Position numbers and translations under genes: made by a program. Below, piece by piece: positions 18,866 to 28,689 of a stretch of DNA of 32,000 bases. The stretch lies in NCBI RefSeq assembly GCF_000354175.2, contig NC_022349.1, positions 360,001 through 392,000 on the forward strand, in the 5' to 3' direction. The notes under the pieces were generated by a model, which was not told the DNA's origin, made no database searches, and saw nothing but the letters and a program-made list of their open reading frames with translations. This DNA comes from Vibrio alginolyticus NBRC 15630 = ATCC 17749. GTDB lineage: Bacteria; Pseudomonadota; Gammaproteobacteria; Enterobacterales; Vibrionaceae. How positions within the stretch are numbered: position 1 is the first letter of the stretch; each line of letters opens with the position of its first letter.

Positions 18866-20239
18866 CTATGCTCGTGTTTCTTCCAATGTTGCTTCACTTT
18901 CTGGTGACTTCAGCACTCGGCTAGCAATTGTACCCGCAGTCATTGAGCCTGAAACGTTTAGTGCGGTACGTGCCATGTCAATCAGTGGTTCAATAGAGAT
19001 AAGCAGTGCCGCGATGGTCACAGGTAAGCCCATTGCAGGAAGAACAATCAAGGCTGCAAACGTCGCACCGCCGCCGACACCTGCAATACCAAATGAGCTG
19101 ATGGTGATAATCGCAATCAATGACAGGATAAAGTGTAGATCAAGTGGGTTGATACCCATTGTTGGAGCTACCATCACTGCAAGCATTGCAGGATAGATAC
19201 CCGCACAGCCGTTTTGGCCGATAGTGGCACCAAACGATGCTGATAGGTTTGCAATCGCTGGTGGTACGTTAAGCTTGGTGATTTGCGCTTCTACGTTTAG
19301 TGGAATTGTTGCTGCTGAGCTACGAGATGTAAACGCGAAGGTCAGTACAGGCCAGATTTTCTTAAAGTATTCCGCAGGGCTAACGCCAACAAAAGAGACC
19401 AATACGCCATGAACAACAAACATCAGTGCGATAGCAACATAAGACGCCACAATAAAGCCAAGTAGGTTTAGGATGTCGCCTGCGCTTGATGTCGCTACCA
19501 CTTTTGCCATCAGTGCTGCGATGCCGTATGGCGTTAGGGCCATGATCATCTTCACTAATCGCATAACGATAGATTGAGCAGCTTCTACGAAAGTACGAAT
19601 CGGTGATTCCAACTCTGCTTTTTCCATCATCACTTTACGAGCGGCGATACCAGTTAACACGCCGAAAATCACAACAGCGATAATTGATGTCGAGCGAGCA
19701 CCTGTTAGATCAGCAAATGGGTTGGTTGGAATGAAGCTAACTAGCATTTGAGGAATAGTTAAGTCACTTACTGTACCGGCACGGCTTTCTAAAACGGCGA
19801 TACGAGCGGTTTCACGCGCGCCTTCAGTTAAACCTTCTGCTGAAAGGCCAAATGTTGTTGTCACCAAGATACCGATGAGTGCAGCAATTGCAGTCGTTAC
19901 TAGAAGAACAGAGATGGTCAGGCCAGAAATTTTACCTAATGATCCACCTTTCTCCAATTTAACAACTGCAGAGATCATCGATACCAACACCAGTGGCATG
20001 ATGACCATTTTCAGTAGACCAACGTAGCCACTGCCTACAATGCCTACCCATTCAAGTGTTTGAGCAATTGCGCTGTTGCCTTCACCGTGAATGAGTTGCA
20101 AAGCAAGACCAAAAAGAGAACCGGTAACAAGACCGATTAAAACGAGACGAGAGAGTGTGTGTTTCTTTTGTTGTTGGTTAAATAGAAAGAACAATATGCC
20201 AACAAAGACGGCTAGAGAGGCTATCACTGCAAAATTCAT
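18866..20239 (-). CDS. tcyP: dicarboxylate/amino acid:cation symporter family, L-cystine transporter TcyP/YdjN-like
   Basis: 457 aa. The N-terminus [20 protein letters not shown]...[19 protein letters not shown] closely parallels E. coli YdjN as I recall it. The topology is DAACS-like. Confidence 0.7.
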   Translation of the reverse strand: MNFAVIASLAVFVGILFFLFNQQQKKHTLSRLVLIGLVTGSLFGLALQLIHGEGNSAIAQTLEWVGIVGSGYVGLLKMVIMPLVLVSMISAVVKLEKGGSLGKISGLTISVLLVTTAIAALIGILVTTTFGLSAEGLTEGARETARIAVLESRAGTVSDLTIPQMLVSFIPTNPFADLTGARSTSIIAVVIFGVLTGIAARKVMMEKAELESPIRTFVEAAQSIVMRLVKMIMALTPYGIAALMAKVVATSSAGDILNLLGFIVASYVAIALMFVVHGVLVSFVGVSPAEYFKKIWPVLTFAFTSRSSAATIPLNVEAQITKLNVPPAIANLSASFGATIGQNGCAGIYPAMLAVMVAPTMGINPLDLHFILSLIAIITISSFGIAGVGGGATFAALIVLPAMGLPVTIAALLISIEPLIDMARTALNVSGSMTAGTIASRVLKSPESEATLEETRA

Positions 20240-20438
20240 AATCTGACCTTATCAACCTGCCGAAATGGCGGTTGTTTTTATACGGGGTTTTATACGGATT
20301 TGTTTATGGGGCGTAAGATAACGCTCGTGATATAACTTTAAAAATGACAAACGGGTATTAGCTAGATCTAAAATGAATATAAAAACGAGATCTAAGTCGC
20401 GTGAGAGCGTGAATTAGCACGTTAATTGTACAAAATGG

Positions 20439-21128
20439 TTATTCGTAGTGATGCAGTAAGTCACGCATTTCTTTCCTTTGTAAGTAAACCACCGAGTCTT
20501 CTTGATAACTGAAAAGTTGATAAACCATCGCTTTGGCGACATCTTCTGCTCGAATCGGTAAAAAGTTGGACAGTTTGCCAAGCATGAATGGGCGAATTAC
20601 CTTAAACAGAGTTTGTACTAACTTCTCGTCCATTCTTGGGCTTTGACGTTGACCAACAAGCGGGCCTGGGCGAACAAATACGATTTCCTCAAAATCCATA
20701 GCTTCGATTCGTTGTTCCATTTGTCCTTTACAAGCTAAGTAATGGGATGGCGATTTACTATTTGCACCGAGGCTAGAAACAACCGCAAGGCGTTTGACTC
20801 CGATTGTTTTCATTTGTTGGGCGACTTTACACACCAGATCAACATCTACTCTACGCAAATTATCCTTACTGCCTGCTTGCTTAAGGGTCGTGCCTAAACA
20901 GATAAAGCCGATGGTTGGTGTTGGTTGGTTCTCATCCCATTGGTGGATAGAAAGGTCTGCATCAATGAGAGGAATAAGCTTGTTGTCCACATCTAGGACG
21001 CCATCGAGTGGGCGGCGAGAAAGATAATATAATGTTCCAACACCTGATTGATTTATGAGGTTTGCAATGACTTTTGAGCCTACTAAGCCAGTTGCACCGG
21101 CGATGATTGCGCAGGTGTTGTTATCCAT
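20439..21128 (-). CDS. NAD(P)H-binding (atypical SDR / NmrA-like) protein
   Basis: A Rossmann motif (IIAGATGLVGSKV) lies at the N-terminus. The start is taken at ATG 21128 because AGGAGA lies 6 nt upstream; the track start 21152 adds 8 residues. Confidence 0.7.
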   Translation of the reverse strand: MDNNTCAIIAGATGLVGSKVIANLINQSGVGTLYYLSRRPLDGVLDVDNKLIPLIDADLSIHQWDENQPTPTIGFICLGTTLKQAGSKDNLRRVDVDLVCKVAQQMKTIGVKRLAVVSSLGANSKSPSHYLACKGQMEQRIEAMDFEEIVFVRPGPLVGQRQSPRMDEKLVQTLFKVIRPFMLGKLSNFLPIRAEDVAKAMVYQLFSYQEDSVVYLQRKEMRDLLHHYE

Positions 21129-21198
21129 ATCTTTTCTCCTATATGGGAACATAGTCTAAGCTATTGTAGCGGATTTCAACGAGTTACTTATAATCTCG

Positions 21199-21332
21199 TG
21201 CAAGAAAGGTGAGACGCTCTGCGAACTCGGCAGACTATCCTGAGATAAACTTGATTAGCGCTGCCCCAATTGGATGCAAGTGTATACAATAGTGGGCGCG
21301 CAAAAACTGTCGCTGAACAAGACCTCTTGAAC
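21199..21332 (+). promoter_or_regulatory. candidate cobalamin (B12) riboswitch in the cobT leader
   Basis: It lies downstream of a perfect TATAAT (21189-21194). A P1-like helix pairs CAAG..AGGT (21201-21210) with ACCTCTTG (21322-21329). GCTGCCCCAATTGG resembles the conserved GCUGCCCCgcAAcUG. GAACAAGACCT resembles the B12-box core GAAGACCU. The internal hairpin is GCCC..AUUG/CAAU..GGGC. No covariance model was run. Confidence 0.45.
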
Positions 21333-21376
21333 AACAGAACACCTCTCACCCAGACAACATCAAAGGAACGTAAAAA

Positions 21377-22421
21377 ATGGATGACTCTTTTGCTGCGGAG
21401 ATACAAGCACGCATAGATAACAAAACCAAACCCGTCGGTTCTTTAGGCTTATTGGAAAAGGTGGCACTGCAGTTAGCTCTTATTCAAAGTCAGGATAAAC
21501 CTCAGCCAGTTGATTCCATCGCTATCTGCAAACCGAGCATGCTGGTATTTGCTGGAGATCACGGCGTTGCAGAGGAGGGTGTGAGCATTGCGCCAAGCGA
21601 AGTCACTCAACAAATGGTGGCTAACTTTCTCGCTGGCGGCGCAGCCATCAACTGTTTTTGCGACATTAATGGCATTCAACTCAAAGTAATAGATTGCGGC
21701 ATGTTGGCTCCTATTGATGTGCTGGTTCCAGAATTTAAATCCCATCCCAACTTGGTTGAACAACGGTTGGGTAACGGTACGGCTAATTTTTCTAAACAAT
21801 CAGCGATGTCCCCAGAACAAGTGGCGTTAGGTTTAGAATATGGTGCGAAGATTGCTGAGCAAACCATTTTTGCATGGTTCAAACCTCTTGATGTTCGGTG
21901 AGATGGGCATCGGTAATACCAGTTCGGCCTCAGCACTGTTATCGGCACTGAGCTCATTAGATATTGATTATTGTGTTGGCGTTGGCACCGGAATCAATCA
22001 ACAGCAGTTGAGCCGCAAATATAAACTGGTAGCACAGGGGGTAAACCGATGTCGAGGTCTTGATACCAAAGCGATTCTCGCACAGGTTGGGGGCTTTGAA
22101 ATCGTACAGATAGTGGGCGCTTTTTTAGAAGCCAAGCGGCTTAAAACTCCAGTTTTAGTGGATGGGTTTATCGTATCGGTAGCGGCTTATATTGCGACGT
22201 TGTTAGACGAAGAAACGCGTGAATACATGTTGTTTGCCCATCGCTCTGAAGAAAATGGACATAAATTTGTATTGGAACATCTAAAAGCAGAACCTCTGCT
22301 CGACCTTGGTTTACGGCTAGGGGAGGGAACAGGAGCCGCTCTTGCCTTGCCTCTGTTAAAAGCTGCTGCCCAGTTTTACAACAAAATGGCGAGCTTCGAG
22401 AGTGCAGGAGTTACAGTTTAG
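21377..22421 (+). pseudogene. cobT: nicotinate-nucleotide--dimethylbenzimidazole phosphoribosyltransferase, disrupted by a +1 frameshift
   Basis: The N-terminal 174-aa ORF (21377-21901) and the C-terminal ORF (to 22421) are both CobT-like (...VFAGDHGV...; ...[15 protein letters not shown]...[13 protein letters not shown]). Removing one T from the T5 run at 21867-21871 restores ...[22 protein letters not shown]... (347 aa). Confidence 0.85.
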
Positions 22422-23227
22422 TGTCAGTCCCTGATAATTCTGAGAAAGTCATGCCGTCATCGTTAAGATACCAGTGGGAGTTATTTCTATTAGCTACCAG
22501 TTTTTTTAGCCGCTTACCCGTGCCCCAAGCGTTGCATTACAGTGAAGAACGCATGAATCAGGCAGGCCGTTACTTTGCGTTAGTTGGTCTCGTGCTTGGA
22601 GCACTTTGCGCTTTGGTATTCTCGCTCACCTCAATTTTTTTCCCAGAGTCGGTTGCCATAGTATTAACGATGGTGTTTAGCTTATTGTTAACTGGGGCTT
22701 TTCACGAAGACGGCTTGACCGATATGGCGGATGGCATTGGCGGTGGCATGACCGTAGAGCGACGCCTCTCTATTATGAAAGACAGTCGTATTGGCACTTA
22801 TGGTGCCGCCACTCTCATTATGGCGTTATTGGCTAAGTATGTTTTTTGGAGTGAACTGGCTAACTTGCCGCACTTTTGGTTGGTCATTGTCGTCGCTTAC
22901 ACCGCAAGCCGAGCACTAGCAGCGACGCTTATTTATGACATGCCTTATGTCAGTGACAGTGATACGTCGAAAAGTAAACCGCTAGCAAGTCGCCAGTCTT
23001 CTCTAGAAGTCTCCATTTTGTTGTTTACTGGTGGCATAACATTGCTTGTGCTTGGTATCGCGGATGCGATCTTGATATCGCTTGTTCTCGTGGTATTTCG
23101 TTTGATGTTCAAACGTTGGTTAACCAAGAGAATTGGCGGCTTTACGGGGGATTGCCTTGGCGCAGCGCAACAGTTGTCGGAACTGCTTATTTATCTCACT
23201 ATGATTGGGTTGTATCACTCCTCATGA
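22421..23227 (+). CDS. cobS: adenosylcobinamide-GDP ribazoletransferase (cobalamin synthase)
   Basis: Motifs are SFFSRLPVP...[14 protein letters not shown]...[12 protein letters not shown] 22421 overlaps the cobT stop (TAGTG) and has AGGAG 10 nt upstream. ATG 22451 is an alternative start. Confidence 0.9.
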   Translation: MSVPDNSEKVMPSSLRYQWELFLLATSFFSRLPVPQALHYSEERMNQAGRYFALVGLVLGALCALVFSLTSIFFPESVAIVLTMVFSLLLTGAFHEDGLTDMADGIGGGMTVERRLSIMKDSRIGTYGAATLIMALLAKYVFWSELANLPHFWLVIVVAYTASRALAATLIYDMPYVSDSDTSKSKPLASRQSSLEVSILLFTGGITLLVLGIADAILISLVLVVFRLMFKRWLTKRIGGFTGDCLGAAQQLSELLIYLTMIGLYHSS

Positions 23228-23757
23228 AGCAATTGATACTCGGTGGCGCGCGCTCTGGGAAGTCGCATTTGGCAGAAAAAACAGCTAAGCAATTATCGGT
23301 CGCTTCTCATCGATCATTACACTATGTTGCAACCGCGCTGCCATTTGACCAAGAAATGCGAGAGCGAATAGCGCATCATCAAAAGCAACGCGGGGGCGAG
23401 TGGCAAGAGCATGAATGCCCCCTTAATTTATCTGAGTTACTGACAAATTTCGCTACCACCGATGTTGTATTGGTCGATTGTTTAACCTTGTGGCTCAACA
23501 ATTGGATATTTGAGTTAGGTGATGAATGTTCCAATGAGAAGCTAGAAGCAGAAATTGAAAAGCTTATACAGGTGGTGCGTGGCTCAGATGCGACGTTAAT
23601 ATTCGTCTCTAACGAGGTTGGAATGGGCATTGTACCTTTGGGGGCGGTTAGTCGTTATTTTGTGGATAATGCAGGACGGATGAATCAAAAACTAGCCAGT
23701 GTTTGCCATCGCGTTACCTTTGTTGCTGTTGGTTTGCCGTTGGTTCTTAAAGAGTAG
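23224..23757 (+). CDS. cobU: bifunctional adenosylcobinamide kinase / adenosylcobinamide-phosphate guanylyltransferase
   Basis: The P-loop lies at the N-terminus ([18 protein letters not shown]). Its ATG overlaps the cobS stop (ATGA). The track start 23116 is an out-of-context extension inside cobS. Confidence 0.9.
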   Translation: MKQLILGGARSGKSHLAEKTAKQLSVASHRSLHYVATALPFDQEMRERIAHHQKQRGGEWQEHECPLNLSELLTNFATTDVVLVDCLTLWLNNWIFELGDECSNEKLEAEIEKLIQVVRGSDATLIFVSNEVGMGIVPLGAVSRYFVDNAGRMNQKLASVCHRVTFVAVGLPLVLKE

Positions 23758-23768
23758 GATGGAACAAA

Positions 23769-24383
23769 ATGAAAACACTCAATATCTATCTTGTGCGTCA
23801 TGGAAAAGTAGACGCTCCACCAGGACTCCATGGCCAAACAGATGTAAAAGTTACGCCTGCTGATCAAGAGAGTATTGCTCGGGCTTGGGCCGAGAGTGGA
23901 CGAGGTGTGGGTGGAATAATTTCTTCTCCGCTTTCACGCTGTCAAGAACTGGCAAACATCATTGCTGAACAGCAATTATTACCAGTAATGACGGATGAGT
24001 CTTTACAAGAGATGGCATTTGGTGATTTTGATGGTATGCCTTTTGATATGCTCACTGAGCAGTGGAAAAAGCTAGATGCTTTTTGGCAATCGCCAGCACA
24101 ACATACGTTGCCGAATGCTGAGAGCTTAAGCACATTTTCTGAGCGCATATGTCGCGTTTGGTCTCAAATCATCAACGATATCAATGACAATCTACTTATC
24201 GTCACGCATGGTGGCGTCATTCGTATGATTCTTGCTCATGTATTGGAGTTAGATTGGCGTAACCCAAAGTGGTATTCGACGTTGTCGATAGGAAACGCTT
24301 CTGTCACGCATGTAACAATTACCATAGATGAGCAAATTTACGCCTCGGTGCGTTCGATTGGCGTACCTCTTTTAACTCGTTAA
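23769..24383 (+). CDS. cobC: histidine-phosphatase family protein, alpha-ribazole phosphatase-like
   Basis: The RHG motif is LVRHGKV and there is a downstream THGGVIR. It sits 11 nt after cobU in a cobTSU context. Confidence 0.8.
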   Translation: MKTLNIYLVRHGKVDAPPGLHGQTDVKVTPADQESIARAWAESGRGVGGIISSPLSRCQELANIIAEQQLLPVMTDESLQEMAFGDFDGMPFDMLTEQWKKLDAFWQSPAQHTLPNAESLSTFSERICRVWSQIINDINDNLLIVTHGGVIRMILAHVLELDWRNPKWYSTLSIGNASVTHVTITIDEQIYASVRSIGVPLLTR

Positions 24384-24511
24384 TTTATAAATATTAAAAT
24401 GCCCAGAACGATATTGCTTACGGGCATAGTCACGGAAGATGTCAGTGGAAGCCCATCTGCTAGGTGCAGGAAGCGAAAATTGACTCAGTTACTTAAAAAG
24501 GAAATATAGAA

Positions 24512-26308
24512 ATGACAACGCCGAGTTGGGATTTGTCCATCGTTTATAACGACCTTTCTGACCCACGAATTCAAGACGATATTGCTCTTGTGGAACAATG
24601 TATTGATCTTTTGAATAAACAATCAGCAGATTGTGGCAACGTAGAGATCATGCAAAATGCGATTTTAACCAATGAAGCCGCGAGTCGTTTAGCGGGTACA
24701 GTTGCAAATTTTGCGAGTTGTTATGCTTCTGTTGATGCAACAAACGCCGAAGCGAAATCGTTACTTGGTAAAATGACCCGCATCTTTTCGGAGCTTTCCC
24801 AAGCGTTCAGTCCCTTTGATTTGACATTAACTCATGCCGACAAAGAGTTTATCTTGCGCGTGTTAGACCATGAGAATCCTGATATCAGTGGGCAAGCTTT
24901 TTCTATCTTGAATTCTAGAAAGTTGGCGGATACTCGTCTTAGCAACGCAGAAGAACAGTTACTGGCTGCGATGAGTGTGGATGGCAAATCGGCTTGGGGT
25001 AACCTATACGATAACCTGACTGGCTCATTGAAAGTGAAGCTTGAGTACACAGATGGTAATAGTGAAGAGCTTGGATTTTCTCAAGCGGCAAGCATTCTTT
25101 ATGGTTCTGAATTCGAGCGTCAAGAAGCCGCGTGGCGTGGCGTACAAGATGCAATGCAAACGCACCAAGAATCATTCGCTGCGATTTTGAATGCGTTAGC
25201 AGGATGGCGCTTAACTGAAAACAAAAAGCGTTCTACGAAGCGTGAAGTTCACTTCCTAGAGCCGAGTTTGCATGGTAGCCGAATCCAAGCTGAAACTTTA
25301 AATGCGATGATGACAGTAGCCAAAGACAGTCGAGCTATTGGTCAGAAAGCAGGTTTATTGATGGCGCAAGTACATGGTCTGGATGAGATGAAACCTTGGA
25401 ATCATCTGGCGGCTATGCCTGCTTTGAGCGGTGAAGCGAAGGTTTACGACTTTGATGAAGCGATTGATGTTATTTGTGAAGCATTTGAAACAGTAAACCC
25501 TGAGATGTCGGAGTTTGTCCGTTTGATGGTACAAAATGGTTGGATTGATGCCGCGCCAAATGCTAACAAGCGTCTTGGCGCATACTGCACCAAACTGCCA
25601 GCAACGCGAACACCACTTGTGTTTATGACTTGGAGTGGCAGCCGTTCAGACCTTATGACTCTGGCACATGAACTTGGCCATGCGTTCCATAACTGGGTTA
25701 TTCGTGATTTGCCACTTTGCCAAACTTACTACCCAATGACGTTAGCAGAAACCGCCTCTATCTTTGCAGAAAACATCGTTCGTGATCATTTGATTTCGAA
25801 AGCTGAGAGCGTTGATGAAAAGCTCGAGATGTTGTGGGAAGAGTTGTCATCTGCGCTAGCTTTAATGATCAACATTCCGGTTCGCTACGAGTTTGAAAAA
25901 TCGTTTTATGAACGCCGCCAGGATGGAGAGTTAACCGCAGATGATTTCTGTGAGTTGATGTCAGAAACTTGGAAAGAATGGTATGGCGACGTAATGAGCG
26001 AACCGGATCCGTACTTCTGGGCAAGCAAGCTGCACTTTTCTATTGATAGCGTGAGCTTTTATAACTACCCATACCTATTTGGCTTCTTGTTTAGCAAGGG
26101 TATCTATGCACAGCGAGAAACCAAAGGCGAAGCGTTTTACACCGATTACATCAATTTGCTGCGCGATACAGGCTGCATGATGGCGGAAGATGTCGTCGAA
26201 AAGCATCTGTCTATGGATTTAACCCAGCCAACGTTTTGGCAGCAGAGTGTTGAGCTAGTGCGTGAAAAAGTCGATGAGTTTGAGCGTTTGCTCGTACAGC
26301 GCGGCTAA
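24512..26308 (+). CDS. pepF: M3B family oligoendopeptidase F
   Basis: 598 aa with the zinc motif HELGHAFHN and overall PepF-like length and layout. It has an AAAGGAAA SD. Confidence 0.8.
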   Translation: MTTPSWDLSIVYNDLSDPRIQDDIALVEQCIDLLNKQSADCGNVEIMQNAILTNEAASRLAGTVANFASCYASVDATNAEAKSLLGKMTRIFSELSQAFSPFDLTLTHADKEFILRVLDHENPDISGQAFSILNSRKLADTRLSNAEEQLLAAMSVDGKSAWGNLYDNLTGSLKVKLEYTDGNSEELGFSQAASILYGSEFERQEAAWRGVQDAMQTHQESFAAILNALAGWRLTENKKRSTKREVHFLEPSLHGSRIQAETLNAMMTVAKDSRAIGQKAGLLMAQVHGLDEMKPWNHLAAMPALSGEAKVYDFDEAIDVICEAFETVNPEMSEFVRLMVQNGWIDAAPNANKRLGAYCTKLPATRTPLVFMTWSGSRSDLMTLAHELGHAFHNWVIRDLPLCQTYYPMTLAETASIFAENIVRDHLISKAESVDEKLEMLWEELSSALALMINIPVRYEFEKSFYERRQDGELTADDFCELMSETWKEWYGDVMSEPDPYFWASKLHFSIDSVSFYNYPYLFGFLFSKGIYAQRETKGEAFYTDYINLLRDTGCMMAEDVVEKHLSMDLTQPTFWQQSVELVREKVDEFERLLVQRG

Positions 26309-26380
26309 GTTTTTCGCAGTGTTGATGCATAATCTGCTTTATAGCTACAAAAATTTGATCAAATCATAATGATCTTAATC

Positions 26381-26406
26381 AGGGCTGTGGTAAAGTTCAC
26401 AGCCCT
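26381..26406 (+). terminator. stem-loop downstream of pepF (weak terminator candidate)
   Basis: AGGGCTGTG gtaaagtt CACAGCCCT is a perfect 9-bp stem, but no T-run follows. Confidence 0.3.
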
Positions 26407-26582
26407 AACACTTTGTAATTGTTTGAAAATTAAACGCCTCAATGCTTGATTTGAGTGCCTGGCGCGAAAAGGCATCGGATTTTCGAGGGAAATAGTGATT
26501 TCTACTCATAAGTGAGATCGCAGCAACAAAAATCCTTTGTACAATTTATTAACATATCCGCCGTGCTATTAAGGAGTAACGC

Positions 26583-27611
26583 ATGACGAAGTCTCTCTTT
26601 CGCCAATCGTTTTTAACTGACACGTTAGATGTTCATATTGATGTTGCACCAGCGGAGCAGGTGCTTTCTAGCGGTGTAAAACTTAAACTCTATCAGCGTG
26701 GTGTATTAGAAGTAATCCCTGCGAATTATACTCAGGATACGAAGAACATCATCATCTCTTGTGGAGTTCACGGAGATGAAACCGCACCGATGGAGCTGGT
26801 GGATTCCATTATTCAAGACATAGAATCTGGGTTCCAGACGGTCGATACCCGTTGTCTGTTCATTATCGCTCACCCAGAATCCACTCTGGCGCACACGCGA
26901 TTCCTCGAAGAAAACCTCAACCGTCTGTTTGACGAAAAAGAACACAAACAGACAAAAGAGCTTGTTATCGCCGATACACTTAAGCTGCTTGTTCGAGATT
27001 TTTATCAGGATACCGACCCGACAACACGCTGGCACCTTGATTTACACTGCGCGATTAGAGGCTCGAAGCACTATACGTTTGCAGTAAGTCCTAAGACTCG
27101 TCATCCAGTGCGCAGCAAGGCATTGATCGATTTCTTGGACAGTGCACACATTGAAGCTGTGCTCCTGTCAAACTCACCATCGAGTACGTTTAGCTGGTAC
27201 AGTGCTGAGAACTTTGGTGCGCAGGCTCTCACGATGGAGCTTGGACGTGTGGCTCGTATTGGTGAAAATGACCTCGATAAACTGACCGCGTTTGATTTGT
27301 CTTTACGTAATTTGATTGCGGAAACGAAGCCAGAACACCTACCAAAACCATGCATTAAGTATCGCGTAAGTCGCACAATCGTTCGTTTGAACGAAGACTT
27401 TGACTTTATGTTCGACGACAATGTTGAAAACTTCACCTCATTTGTTCACGGCGAAGTGTTTGGTCATGATGGCGACAAACCATTAATGGCAAAGAACGAA
27501 AACGAAGCGATTGTCTTCCCAAACCGCCACGTCGCAATAGGTCAACGCGCAGCTCTGATGGTTTGTGAAGTGAAAACCCGTTTTGAAGAGGGTGAGTTGG
27601 TTTACGATTAA
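26583..27611 (+). CDS. astE: succinylglutamate desuccinylase
   Basis: 342 aa, with SCGVHGDETAPMELV and WHLDLHCAIRGSKH matching E. coli AstE motifs (GIHGNETAP, WHLDLHTAIRGS). It has an AAGGAG SD. Confidence 0.85.
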   Translation: MTKSLFRQSFLTDTLDVHIDVAPAEQVLSSGVKLKLYQRGVLEVIPANYTQDTKNIIISCGVHGDETAPMELVDSIIQDIESGFQTVDTRCLFIIAHPESTLAHTRFLEENLNRLFDEKEHKQTKELVIADTLKLLVRDFYQDTDPTTRWHLDLHCAIRGSKHYTFAVSPKTRHPVRSKALIDFLDSAHIEAVLLSNSPSSTFSWYSAENFGAQALTMELGRVARIGENDLDKLTAFDLSLRNLIAETKPEHLPKPCIKYRVSRTIVRLNEDFDFMFDDNVENFTSFVHGEVFGHDGDKPLMAKNENEAIVFPNRHVAIGQRAALMVCEVKTRFEEGELVYD

Positions 27612-27646
27612 TCCAACATTGCTTTGAGAAGTTAATTGCAATTTAC

Positions 27647-27683
27647 CGAGGCTTAACTGTAAGGTTAAGCCTCGTCTGTTTTT
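27647..27683 (+). terminator. Rho-independent terminator after astE, ending 10 nt before btuC
   Basis: CGAGGCTTAAC tgtaag GTTAAGCCTCG (perfect 11 bp) followed by TCTGTTTTT. Confidence 0.75.
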
Positions 27684-27693
27684 ATCGGCTGCT

Positions 27694-28689
27694 ATGGATT
27701 TTCAACAACTTATCCTGAACAAGGAGCGACGCTGGCAACGTAACCTGATGGTTATGTCGATCGTGCTCGCTGTACTCTCTGCCATTCACTTGATGGTCGG
27801 AGAAATTTTCCTTTCTCCTTTTCAATCCTTATCTGCATTTGAACAGAAGTTATTGGTGGACTTGCGTTTACCGAGGTTAGTGTCTGCGGCAATTATTGGT
27901 GCTGCGTTAGCGGTATCTGGCGCGACGTTACAAGTGTTGCTTGGGAACGTGTTGGCTGAACCTGGCGTGCTTGGTATCTCTGGTGGTGCAAGCTTAGCAA
28001 TGGTCTTAATCATGTTCGCGTCACCTGTTCTTCCTACCCCGATTGTTTTTATGTTGGCAGCAATTGCAGGCTCGATGGTATTCACGTTTGTTTTGGTGGC
28101 GATAGCAAGGGCAATGCACCTGACGACGGCTCGATTGCTTTTGGTTGGTGTCGCATTGGGTATTTTATCGAGCGCGATTGTGACGTGGGCATTTTACTTC
28201 AGTGATGATCTCAGCTTACGCCAACTGATGTATTGGTTAATGGGCAGCATTGGCGGTGCGAGTTGGTATCAACATACCGTTACTTTGGTGATGTTACCAG
28301 TGCTTACCTGGTTGTGCTGTAAAGGCAAGTCGCTTGATAAATTGATGCTGGGTGAGATTCATGCGACCCAATTGGGTGTCGACGTGCATCAAATGCGTTG
28401 GAAATTGATCCTCGCCATTTCTATTTTGGTGGGTAGTTCAGTCGCTTTGGGTGGCATCATCAGTTTTGTTGGTTTGGTGGTCCCGCACTTGTTGCGTTTG
28501 GCTTTTGGTACGGAAAACCGTTATTTATTGCCACTTTCTGCAATATCTGGTGCTGCGTTGCTTGTATTTGCTGACATCGGCGCAAGACTGTTATTGGACT
28601 CCGCAGAGTTACCTTTAGGTGTCATGACAACATCGATTGGCGCACCTATTTTCATCTGGATGCTGGTGAAGAGTCATGATGCACGTTAA
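27694..28689 (+). CDS. btuC: vitamin B12 ABC transporter permease
   Basis: 331 aa, co-linear with E. coli BtuC (LRLPR..., [28 protein letters not shown]). Confidence 0.9.
   Translation: MDFQQLILNKERRWQRNLMVMSIVLAVLSAIHLMVGEIFLSPFQSLSAFEQKLLVDLRLPRLVSAAIIGAALAVSGATLQVLLGNVLAEPGVLGISGGASLAMVLIMFASPVLPTPIVFMLAAIAGSMVFTFVLVAIARAMHLTTARLLLVGVALGILSSAIVTWAFYFSDDLSLRQLMYWLMGSIGGASWYQHTVTLVMLPVLTWLCCKGKSLDKLMLGEIHATQLGVDVHQMRWKLILAISILVGSSVALGGIISFVGLVVPHLLRLAFGTENRYLLPLSAISGAALLVFADIGARLLLDSAELPLGVMTTSIGAPIFIWMLVKSHDAR

Noticed and set aside
26353-26364. Perfect 12-bp palindrome ATTTGATCAAAT in the pepF-astE spacer.
   Set aside because: It is a single copy, AT-rich, about 220 bp from the astE ATG, and matches no regulator consensus I know (it is not an ARG box). 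Chance is the likely explanation.
26706-27436. Two antisense ORFs longer than 100 aa inside astE (26706-27035 and 27101-27436). Similar antisense ORFs occur in cobT (21473-21799, 21676-21957), tcyP (18825-19196), AEC (9913-10260) and pheT (8026-8436).
   Set aside because: The sense-strand genes are clearly homologous to known families. Long antisense ORFs are a common by-product of codon bias. None of these has a start-site signal.
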